Made by a program: the position numbers and the translations under genes | Shown here: positions 22,360-30,216 of the stretch, piece by piece | Position numbering within the stretch: the stretch's first letter is position 1 | Layout: every line of letters starts with the position of its first letter | Assembly (NCBI GenBank): GCA_045811385.1 | Contig: JBJMUB010000090.1 | Span: 437-64,436 of the forward strand | DNA from: Sphingomicrobium sp. | GTDB lineage: Bacteria; Pseudomonadota; Alphaproteobacteria; Sphingomonadales; Sphingomonadaceae | Reading direction: 5' to 3' | Length of the DNA stretch: 64,000 nucleotides | Notes under the pieces: generated by a model | The model's input: the letters and a program-made list of their open reading frames with translations, nothing else | Databases searched by the model: none | What the model was told of the DNA's origin: nothing

Positions 22360-22503
22360 ATGCGCAGCAACAGCGGCCGCGACGAATCTCGCAACAACAT
22401 GCGCGATCCGACGATGCGCGATCGCAGCATGAAACGAGACCAAACCGGGACCACCGGCAAGCCGAAGGCGCCGGCCGATCACCGCACCGGCCGCAAGGAC
22501 TAA
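22360..22503 (+). CDS. 47-aa small hydrophilic protein
   Basis: Strong RBS AGGAGAGG before ATG 22360; MRD/MKRD repeats. Confidence 0.45.
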   Translation: MRSNSGRDESRNNMRDPTMRDRSMKRDQTGTTGKPKAPADHRTGRKD

Positions 22504-22994
22504 CGGACCCGGTAGAAGTCGGCGATCCGGTCAAGCGCGAGAGTGAGCACCAGCTTGCCGGCGCGGGCCGGCCAGCCTAGTGCCGTTTCGGCGTCGCGCA
22601 TCCCCTCGCCTGCGCAGACCACCCGCCACAAGATGTCGGAGAGGCCGGGGCCGGCGCTTCCAATGGCGGCGTCGAACCGCCGGCGGGCGTCCATCTGCGC
22701 ACCGCCGAGATCGGGCTCGGGCCGGGCGCCGCCGCGGCTCGAAGCGACCGGCGCAGCGTTCCACGACATCGTCACGCGCGGCTGGAAGTGGGAGCGCTCC
22801 CAATCGGCGCGCAGTCGCTCGCCGGCATCATACTGGCGTTGGCTGACGAGGCCCCTCGCCAGCAGCCAGCCGAGCGGCGATTCGACGGCATTGACCGTCA
22901 CCGATCGCGCCGGTCGGGACTGATTGGCCGCAGCTGCTGCCTCAGCCCCGATGCCGCGTTCGCGAAGCATTCGTTGTCGTCCCGCGTCACCCAT
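22500..22994 (-). CDS. DUF6456 protein (GafZ / GafA C-terminal-like GTA activator)
   Basis: RBS GGAGGAGG; VN..ESPLGWL, AGERLRADWE, and the sigma4-like tail AETALGWPARAGKLVL. Confidence 0.8.
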   Translation of the reverse strand: MGDAGRQRMLRERGIGAEAAAAANQSRPARSVTVNAVESPLGWLLARGLVSQRQYDAGERLRADWERSHFQPRVTMSWNAAPVASSRGGARPEPDLGGAQMDARRRFDAAIGSAGPGLSDILWRVVCAGEGMRDAETALGWPARAGKLVLTLALDRIADFYRVR

Positions 22995-23092
22995 CCGACA
23001 CCTCCTCCGATTCGCGAGCGGGCTTGCCATAAGGGCGAGACTGTAGGACAGAGGTAAAACCGCTTTGGTTATATTTTGCGAAGGGACGGGCG

Positions 23093-23656
23093 ATGATTAC
23101 TCGCATTCGGGAAGTGCGCCGGGCGCGCGGAATGACTCTCGACGACGTCGCCCGCAAATGCGACCCGCCAACGACTCCGCAGACCATCGGCCGCCTCGAG
23201 ACCGGGACTCGAACGGTCTCGGTCGGCTGGCTCAACCGCATCGCGAAGGCGCTCGGAGTCGATGCCCAGGACCTCGTCGACCGCGGCGAAGCGTCCGAAC
23301 TGAAGGTCGCGGCGGTGCTCACGCAGGGCGGGGCCAGCGCCCCGCGGCGCGCGGCGATCGTGGTGCCACCGCGCGTTGACGACGGACAGGTCGCGGTGAT
23401 CGTTTCGACCAGCGTCGGCGACTACCGCTCGGGGGATGAAATCTGGTGCGACGCGCTGCAGCCGGAAGAATATGCCCGGGCACTGAATCGTGACGTGCTC
23501 GTCCCCCGCCCCGCCGGCCGCTTCCTGTTCGGCCGCCTGATCAATCGCGACGACGAGAAACTGCAGATCCTCCCACTCGAATCCGGCGGCCGTCAGCAGG
23601 TGATCGCGAACCCGCCATGGCTCGGGATGGCGGTGAAGCTGGTCCGGAGCTTGTAG
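23093..23656 (+). CDS. XRE-family HTH regulator divergent from the DUF6456 gene (candidate GTA repressor)
   Basis: IREVRRARGMTLDDVA...TIGRLETG HTH_3 plus an S24-like C-terminal region. Confidence 0.82.
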   Translation: MITRIREVRRARGMTLDDVARKCDPPTTPQTIGRLETGTRTVSVGWLNRIAKALGVDAQDLVDRGEASELKVAAVLTQGGASAPRRAAIVVPPRVDDGQVAVIVSTSVGDYRSGDEIWCDALQPEEYARALNRDVLVPRPAGRFLFGRLINRDDEKLQILPLESGGRQQVIANPPWLGMAVKLVRSL

Positions 23657-23666
23657 GCGCGGCTGC

Positions 23667-23742
23667 TGGTGGGCGGTGACGGGCTCGAACCGCCGACCCT
23701 CTCGGTGTAAACGAGATGCTCTACCAACTGAGCTAACCGCCC
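23667..23742 (-). tRNA. tRNA-Val(UAC)
   Basis: GGGCGGTTAGCTCAGTTGGTAGAGC...TCTCG-TTTACAC-CGAGA...GGTTCGAGCCC...CCA, 76 nt. Confidence 0.97.
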
Positions 23743-23788
23743 GTGCAGCCCGCCTGCCATGGGTCGGCGTTCGGGGCAAGCGAGCGGA

Positions 23789-24520
23789 TTAGATCAGCTC
23801 GCCGGGAATCCGCAGGATTGCCTCGATCTCTTCAGTACGCACCGCGAAGGTTCGCCCGGGGTTGAACTGCCGAAGTTCGAGCCCTGACGCGGTCCGCTTG
23901 ATCAGTTGCTTGATCAACACGCGGTCAGCCGCGTCCGGCGAACGCACGCGGACCAGCACATCGTCGCCGATCGCCACCGGCGAGCGCGGTGCAACCGCAA
24001 TCCGGGCGCCGGGCCGAAAGCGCGGCCACATCGCATCGCCGACCACCGTCAGGGCAAAGGCGTCGGGATCGGAGGCGAGACTGACCGGCCGCGCCATGCG
24101 CTCGAGCACTTCGCGAGGCCGGATTTCGGTCAGCTCGATCTCGCTTCCGGGCTCGCCCCACTCGCCGGCCAGGCCCGACGCGACGACCGGGAGCGAGGGC
24201 AATGCCGCCGACGCCCAACCGCGGCGTGAATCGGCCAACCCCACACCGACCGCCGGACGCTCGGACTGTGGCCCAACGCGGAGTGCTTCGAACTCGGCGA
24301 GCGATGAGCCGGCGGCGACGAGCAGCTTTTCGAGCGTCCGGCGCGACGGGTTGCCGTGGCGACGCATGTCCGACCACACGGTTCGGCTCACGCCGGCCTT
24401 CACCGCCCAGGCATTGGGCGAGAGACCATCTGGTTTGAAGCGGATCAAGTCGCGGTAAACCTGAGATTCAGCGGTCGCAGTCACGGGCGCGAGTATCGCG
24501 TCCGACAGGACTTGCTCCAA
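23789..24520 (-). CDS. CI/LexA-like repressor (HTH + S24 domain); start uncertain, possibly GTG 24484
   Basis: N-terminal HTH (AWAVKAGVSRT) and C-terminal FALTVVGDAMWPRF...LIKQL...LRQFNP. Confidence 0.82.
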   Translation of the reverse strand: MEQVLSDAILAPVTATAESQVYRDLIRFKPDGLSPNAWAVKAGVSRTVWSDMRRHGNPSRRTLEKLLVAAGSSLAEFEALRVGPQSERPAVGVGLADSRRGWASAALPSLPVVASGLAGEWGEPGSEIELTEIRPREVLERMARPVSLASDPDAFALTVVGDAMWPRFRPGARIAVAPRSPVAIGDDVLVRVRSPDAADRVLIKQLIKRTASGLELRQFNPGRTFAVRTEEIEAILRIPGELI

Positions 24521-24607
24521 TTCAGATTAATCTGACATTTTGGTCTTGCGCGTATGTTCGACTTCTCTAACATCTGCCGAATGCTGATTTGCCGATCAAT
24601 CGAGCCG

Positions 24608-25525
24608 TCAGACCACGACAACGCCCCCCACGTCGGCGAAATAGCGGCGCAGCGCCTGGCTCGTCGCGGGGGCCAGCTCGACAAACACCCGGCGGCCGTC
24701 GTGCGGGTCCTCGCGGCGAATGAAAATCCCCTGCTGCACCATGCTCTTGAGCCATCGAAGGGCGGTCGTCGCCGGTACCGCGGCGGCAATACAAAGGCTC
24801 GACACCGGAACCCGCAACTTCGATATCTCCGCCTGAAGCAGGTCGAGCAGCATGTCCCACGCCGGATCGGCGAACAATTCCGCCGAGAAATAGCGGCCCC
24901 GCAAACGACGCGCGCGAATGATTGCCCGGACCGTTTCGGCAGACACGTCGGGAGCGGCGCTCAGCGGCTCCGCCGGGCGTGGGCTCGCGGTTGGACCAGT
25001 CGACAGGCGAGCGAGGGTTGCTGCGATTCGGCTGACCTCGTCGCTCAATTGCCGAAGCCGGGCGGCATTCTTGTCGGCGCTGGCCTCGGCGACACCGGTC
25101 GGCGTGAACGCCCCCGATGCGACAAGGGCGAGCGCGGCGAAGCGCTCGTCGTCCGACGCGTCGACCAGCAATTCGACGTCCGGACTGAAGGCGCAGGCAG
25201 CAAGATCATCGAGGAGCCTCGAAGGAGCAGCCACAATCGTTGGAAATCGAATGCCAGGCGTTCGCGCCGCAACGGTATCCAGAAGCGCTTTGAGCGACGG
25301 TGGAGCCCCCTCGTCGAGCTCGATCCAGAGCGCCGACGCAGCCGCCTGCTCACGGACGCGTGCGCAGGCGACTGCGTTGTCGGCAACATCGGTGACCCGG
25401 AAGTCGGCCATCATGACCGTCTGGCGCGCGCGTATTCTCGCGCATTCAGTGTCCCCGACCACCAACACGGGGTGCGGATTATAACAATCAGCGCGGTTTT
25501 GGTTGGCGCTCAGGTACGTGTCCAT
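24608..25525 (-). CDS. Winged-helix (MarR-like) regulator with N-terminal pseudo-receiver-like region
   Basis: FADPAWDMLLDL, VSSLCIAAAVPATTALRW, DPHDGRRVFVEL. Confidence 0.85.
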   Translation of the reverse strand: MDTYLSANQNRADCYNPHPVLVVGDTECARIRARQTVMMADFRVTDVADNAVACARVREQAAASALWIELDEGAPPSLKALLDTVAARTPGIRFPTIVAAPSRLLDDLAACAFSPDVELLVDASDDERFAALALVASGAFTPTGVAEASADKNAARLRQLSDEVSRIAATLARLSTGPTASPRPAEPLSAAPDVSAETVRAIIRARRLRGRYFSAELFADPAWDMLLDLLQAEISKLRVPVSSLCIAAAVPATTALRWLKSMVQQGIFIRREDPHDGRRVFVELAPATSQALRRYFADVGGVVVV

Positions 25526-25643
25526 GGGTCTGCGTCCCGCGACAATAAGACCGAGCGGGATCCTGATAACGCGCATTGCGGAGAAAAGTCAGACCATTTT
25601 CGCGTTCAGAACGGAGGCAATCTCAAGACGTCGGTAAGCGGCC

Positions 25644-25946
25644 GTGCATAGTGGCAGCCGCCTGGGGGGTGAGAATTTGCACCGTGCTCGTAATCAGGCT
25701 GCGGCCCGCTGGCTCGATGAGCTCGCCGGGGCCATCGCCCAGGCGCAGCATCTGGCCTGGACGCTCGGCGTCGCCGAGGGCGATTCCGCGGAAGCGCGCA
25801 CTCTTTATGCTCGGCTCGAGGCGCTGCGGAGCGAGATCGACTCGCTGCGCTTCGGCGACTGGGCCGAGATTCGGCAGGAACTTGATCCGAAATGGCTCGA
25901 TAGTGTCGTCGGGGCGTGTCCGCTTCCGGCCGTTTCGCAGCCTTAG
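25644..25946 (+). CDS. Small helical hypothetical protein (start uncertain)
   Basis: Fills the gap between the wHTH gene and cysQ; amphipathic coiled-coil-like sequence. Confidence 0.45.
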   Translation: MHSGSRLGGENLHRARNQAAARWLDELAGAIAQAQHLAWTLGVAEGDSAEARTLYARLEALRSEIDSLRFGDWAEIRQELDPKWLDSVVGACPLPAVSQP

Positions 25947-25947
25947 A

Positions 25948-26778
25948 TCACAGGCCTTCGGGCAAATCGCCGCCGCCGGCGAAGGCCTCGAGGAATGGCT
26001 CGGCAGGAGGCGCAGCCCAGCCACCCGTCGCAACAAAGGCCCGGTTGAGGAATGCCTTCTTGCCATAGCTAAGCGGCCGGCCGTCGGGGCCATCGACCCG
26101 CCCTCCGGCGGCGAGCAAGACCGCGTGGCCGGCGGCCGTATCCCATTCGCTCGTCGGCGACAGCCGCGGATAAATATCGGCCGCACCCTCGGCGACGATA
26201 CAGAATTTCAGGCTCGAGCCGAGGCTGACATGGCCGCAGGCGCCGACTGCGGCCTCGAGATAGTCTGACGTGCTCTGGGTGAAATGGGATTTGGAGGCGA
26301 CCGCCGTGACCGGCTCGGCGCGCTTGCGAGTCCCGATTGGGCGCCGGCCGGCACCCTCGTCGAGCCATGCTCCGACGGCGCAGATCCCGGCGTGAAGCCG
26401 TCCCGTGGCCGGTGCAAAGACAACTCCAAGGCTTGGGGCCCCGCCTTCAACCAGCGCAATGTTGACCGTATAATCGTCGCCGCCGCGAACGAACTCCTTG
26501 GTTCCGTCGAGTGGGTCAACCAGGAAGAAGGTTTGGTCGTGCGCCGGAATTCGCCCGGCTGCGACTTCTTCCTCGGCGATGACCGGGACGCCGGGCGCAG
26601 CCCGGGCGAGCGCCGCGAGGATGATCAGCTCGGCCGCGCGATCGGCTTCGGTTACCGGTGAACGGTCGCTCTTCAACTCGATGTCGAACCCGCGCCGGAC
26701 GATCGCCAGGATCGCCTCGCCCGCCTCGCGCGCGGCGTCGGACAGCTGATCGAGAAGCCGGTCGCGGTCCGAGTTCAG
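25948..26778 (-). CDS. cysQ: 3'(2'),5'-bisphosphate nucleotidase CysQ
   Basis: SPVTEAD, DPLDGTKEF, GSSLKFC, EWDTAAG; start probably CTG overlapping the upstream TGA. Confidence 0.9.
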   Translation of the reverse strand: MNSDRDRLLDQLSDAAREAGEAILAIVRRGFDIELKSDRSPVTEADRAAELIILAALARAAPGVPVIAEEEVAAGRIPAHDQTFFLVDPLDGTKEFVRGGDDYTVNIALVEGGAPSLGVVFAPATGRLHAGICAVGAWLDEGAGRRPIGTRKRAEPVTAVASKSHFTQSTSDYLEAAVGACGHVSLGSSLKFCIVAEGAADIYPRLSPTSEWDTAAGHAVLLAAGGRVDGPDGRPLSYGKKAFLNRAFVATGGWAAPPAEPFLEAFAGGGDLPEGL

Positions 26779-27554
26779 CGTGGAGCCATCCTGATCCCGC
26801 CGTCGAGGCGGACGGCGGCGGCGTTGAGATAGGGGTTTTCGACCATGAAACAGGCGAGCCGCGCATATTCCTCGGCTTGGCCAAGGCGCTTCGGGAATGG
26901 CACCTGCGCGCCGAGCGCCTCCTGCACGTTCGGCGGCATCATCGCCACCATCGGCGTCTTGAACACGCCCGGGAGGATGGTGTTGACGCGCACGCCCTCG
27001 CTCATGAGATCGCGGGCGATCGGCAGGGCCATCGCAAGGACGCCGCCCTTGGACGCAGAATAAGCCGCCTGGCCGATCTGGCCGTCCTCGGCTGCGACCG
27101 ACGCGGTGTTGATGATCACGCCGCGCTCGCCGTCGGCCAGCGGCTCCAGATCGACCATCCCAAACGCGGAATTGGCGATGCAGCGAAAGGTCCCGATCAG
27201 GTTGATCTGGATGGCCAGCTCGAACTGCTGCATCGGATAGCGCTTCGCCGCCTTGGTTTCCTTGTCGCGGCCGACGGTCTTGGCGGCGTTCGCGACGCCC
27301 GCGCAATTGACGAGCACCCGTTCCTGCCCGTGCGCGTCGCGCGCTCTGGCGAATGCCGCGGCGACCTTCTCGTCGCTGGTGACGTCGACCTCGCAGAAAA
27401 TCCCGCCGATCTCGGACGCGACCTTCTCGCCTCGCTCGGCGTCGCGATCGAACACCGCGACCTTGGCTCCGCGCCGGGCGAGCTCGCGGGCAGTCGCTTC
27501 GCCGAGGCCCGATGCGGCTCCGGTCACCGCTGCGGCCACTCCGTCTATGTCCAT
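26775..27554 (-). CDS. SDR, 3-hydroxyacyl-CoA dehydrogenase type II (HSD10-like)
   Basis: [38 protein letters not shown]. Confidence 0.92.
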   Translation of the reverse strand: MDIDGVAAAVTGAASGLGEATARELARRGAKVAVFDRDAERGEKVASEIGGIFCEVDVTSDEKVAAAFARARDAHGQERVLVNCAGVANAAKTVGRDKETKAAKRYPMQQFELAIQINLIGTFRCIANSAFGMVDLEPLADGERGVIINTASVAAEDGQIGQAAYSASKGGVLAMALPIARDLMSEGVRVNTILPGVFKTPMVAMMPPNVQEALGAQVPFPKRLGQAEEYARLACFMVENPYLNAAAVRLDGGIRMAPR

Positions 27555-27753
27555 TGCTGCCCCTTAAATCGATCGAGAATCCGCGCTGCCTATTCCCGCG
27601 AACGCCGGCGAACACAAGGCACGGCGCTCAGCTACCGGCCCGTCGCAAATCGGGCTTTAGAGATTGGACAAGCGCGTGTTCATCGCGAATCTAGGTTGAA
27701 TCGGGGATAAGCGGCACTCTATTTTAGGTGCGATATCTGGGGGATGGGCCGAG

Positions 27754-29067
27754 ATGGGTAGCAAGTTCAAGGTTGTGGCACTGGCATTGTCCGGCTCGGC
27801 GCTGCTGTTAGCCTCGCCAGGATTTGCCCAGTCCGTTGCTCCTGGGTGGGTGCAAACCTCAGCCGTCCCGACTGCAAGCAGCGTCGCCGCTTTCTACAAT
27901 CAGTGGCAGACCCAGCCGATCTGGTTCCGCGGAGGGGCCGAAAGCCCTGCCGTCGCGCAACTCGTCACGATCCTTCAGCGCGCCCCGTTCGATGGCTTTG
28001 CCGACGGGCCCCAATTGGCTGCCCAAGTCCAGGCCGCTGCCGCGCAGGCGAAGAGCGGCAACCCAGCGGCCGTCGCGTCCGCCGAGCGCACGCTGTCGAC
28101 CGCTTGGGTCCAATACGTCCAGGCACTGAAACGGCCCACTCCCGGCATGACTTATGTCTTCTCGGTGCTCGAGCCGCAGGGCGCTCGTGCCGACCAGATC
28201 CTGCTGACCGCCGCGGCGGCGCCATCGCTCGAAGCGCACCTCATCGCAACGGCCAACGTCAATTCCGTCTATGCGCAGATGCGCGACGCAGCCTGGGCCG
28301 AGGCGCAGGCGTCGGGAAATTTGACCCCCGATCCGCGTCTTATCGCCAATCTGGACCGTCTTCGTTCGATCCCTGCCGGCGGGAAGTTCATCGTCGTCGA
28401 TTCCGGCACGCAAATGATGACGATGTTCGAAAACGGCCGCCCGGTAGACTCGATGAAGATCGTAGTCGGCAAGACCGAATATCCGACGCCGATGATCGCC
28501 AGCGTCATGTACTACATCGTTTACAATCCGTACTGGAACGCGCCCGACCATTTGGTCCGCAAGATCGCTCAGAACTATCTCACCATGGGCGACAAGTACC
28601 TGAAGAGCCGCGGCTATCAGGTAATGGCGGACTGGTCGTCGAGCTCAGCCGTCGTGCCGAACGGCCAGGTGAATTGGAAAGCTGTCGCGGCTGGCAAGGA
28701 GCAAATCCGCATCCGCCAGAAGCCCCAGGACGACAACAGCATGGGGGATTTGAAATTCCCGTTCCCAAACAAGCTCGACATCTTCCTGCACGATACCCCG
28801 CACAAGGAATATTTTGCGAAGGCGAATCGCAATCTGTCGAACGGGTGCGTCCGGCTTGAGGATGCGCGCCGCTTTGGGCGCTGGCTTCTCGGCACCGAGC
28901 CGAGACCGCCGGGAACCGACGCTGAGATTCAGGTTCAGCTGCCGCGCGGCGTTCCGATCTATCTGACCTACACCACAGCCCAGGTTCGCGACGGCAAGAT
29001 CGCCTACTTCGCGGATCCGTATCGCCTCGACCCAATCGGCCGCACGGCCCGGGCGAGCGGCCACTAG
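27754..29067 (+). CDS. YcbB/LdtD-like L,D-transpeptidase
   Basis: Signal peptide; VVGK..YPTP, NPYWN, IFLHDTP, SNGCVRL. Confidence 0.9.
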   Translation: MGSKFKVVALALSGSALLLASPGFAQSVAPGWVQTSAVPTASSVAAFYNQWQTQPIWFRGGAESPAVAQLVTILQRAPFDGFADGPQLAAQVQAAAAQAKSGNPAAVASAERTLSTAWVQYVQALKRPTPGMTYVFSVLEPQGARADQILLTAAAAPSLEAHLIATANVNSVYAQMRDAAWAEAQASGNLTPDPRLIANLDRLRSIPAGGKFIVVDSGTQMMTMFENGRPVDSMKIVVGKTEYPTPMIASVMYYIVYNPYWNAPDHLVRKIAQNYLTMGDKYLKSRGYQVMADWSSSSAVVPNGQVNWKAVAAGKEQIRIRQKPQDDNSMGDLKFPFPNKLDIFLHDTPHKEYFAKANRNLSNGCVRLEDARRFGRWLLGTEPRPPGTDAEIQVQLPRGVPIYLTYTTAQVRDGKIAYFADPYRLDPIGRTARASGH

Positions 29068-29155
29068 GTCTGTCCGCGCCGTTTCGCGCGGCCTAGTTCA
29101 AGATTCATTGGCGAGTGAGCGGGGATTCCCGGCCCGCTTTGCGTCTGCGCCGGAC

Positions 29156-29196
29156 AAAGAAAAAACCGGCCCGGGCGAGTGCCCGGACCGGTCTTT
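29156..29196 (-). terminator. Intrinsic terminator of the OMP gene
   Basis: ACCGGTCCGGGC/GCCCGGGCCGGT hairpin followed by a T-rich tract on the minus strand. Confidence 0.75.
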
Positions 29197-29211
29197 CGCT
29201 GGTCGTGCCGT

Positions 29212-30060
29212 TCAGCCGCGCTCTGGCGCCGGAGGCGGCGGCGGAGGCGGAGGCGGCGGAGCCGGACACGTATCCGTCGCCAGGATCACCGAGCCGTCCG
29301 GGCAGGTCTGCGTCGCCGGAGGCGGCGGCGGCGGCGGAGGCGGAGGCGGAGGCGGAGGCGGCGGAGGCGGCGCCGCGAAGTTGTAAATCACGCTCGCCAA
29401 AATGCTGTGCGAACGCCACCGGGTATCGAGATCGATGCCCAAGCCTTGAGCGCTCGAAGCGGCGAACTTCAGGTTCGGAACGTTGAAGAAGCGATACTTC
29501 AGGCCAACGTCGATGTTCGGACCGACCGCATAGCGCAAACCGGCGATCGCCTGCCAGGCGAGGCCGCTGTCAGTATCCGAAATGTCGATCGCTCCCGTAG
29601 GAACGACGGTATCGGCGCTGTACTTGACGCTGGCCAGGCCGACGCCCGCGCCGGCGTAGCCGCTCAGCCCGTCATCGTCACCGAAGTCGAGGAGCAGGTT
29701 GACCATCGCTGACAGCGCACGGCCACGACCGCCCGCATCGAACGCGTCGCCAGGACCCCCGCCCGAAAGAAGCGAGTTGAACCGCATCTGATTGACCGAC
29801 GCACGCTTGTAGCCGAGCTCGCCCTCGAGCCGCAGCATTCCGAAGTCGTAGCCGGCGATGAGGTCAACATCGAAACCGGTATTGTGCGTGACTGTGATTG
29901 CGTCCTGGATGCTGAGAGTGCCGTCGTCGTAATCGACGTCCGCATCCTCAACGAACAGTACCCCGCCCTCGATGCCCACGTACGGCGAATGATCCCGCGC
30001 CAAAGCGGGTGTCGCCAGGGCTGTCGACGCGAGCGCCACCGCAATGGCCAGCTTGCGCAT
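29212..30060 (-). CDS. 8-stranded outer-membrane beta-barrel protein with poly-Pro/Cys-loop tail
   Basis: MRKLAIAVALASTAL signal peptide; GYDFGMLRLEGELGYKRA; AWQAIAG; C-terminal poly-P-TQTCPDGSVILATDTC-poly-P. Confidence 0.9.
   Translation of the reverse strand: MRKLAIAVALASTALATPALARDHSPYVGIEGGVLFVEDADVDYDDGTLSIQDAITVTHNTGFDVDLIAGYDFGMLRLEGELGYKRASVNQMRFNSLLSGGGPGDAFDAGGRGRALSAMVNLLLDFGDDDGLSGYAGAGVGLASVKYSADTVVPTGAIDISDTDSGLAWQAIAGLRYAVGPNIDVGLKYRFFNVPNLKFAASSAQGLGIDLDTRWRSHSILASVIYNFAAPPPPPPPPPPPPPPPPPPATQTCPDGSVILATDTCPAPPPPPPPPPPAPERG
29228..29372. repeat. GGC/GGA triplet repeats encoding poly-proline
   Basis: Two runs of ggaggcggc... inside the OMP gene. Confidence 0.8.
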
Positions 30061-30216
30061 AAATGTCCCCTTTCACCTGCGTTCTAAGATTGAACCGCCT
30101 GAACACATTATGAGAGCGCCGGTTGCGGCGCAAGCGCGGGAATGGTCGGTAACTGTTGCGCAAAAGCCTCAATGAAAATTGGTCCGAAATGCAAGCCTTT
30201 GTCGGATTTGAATTTT

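Noticed and set aside
23667-23742. tRNA-Val as an integration site
   Set aside because: No integrase and no duplicated tRNA 3' end noticed in the window
29228-29372. CRISPR-like or non-coding tandem repeat
   Set aside because: Codon repeats for poly-proline; no repeat-spacer structure or cas genes in the window
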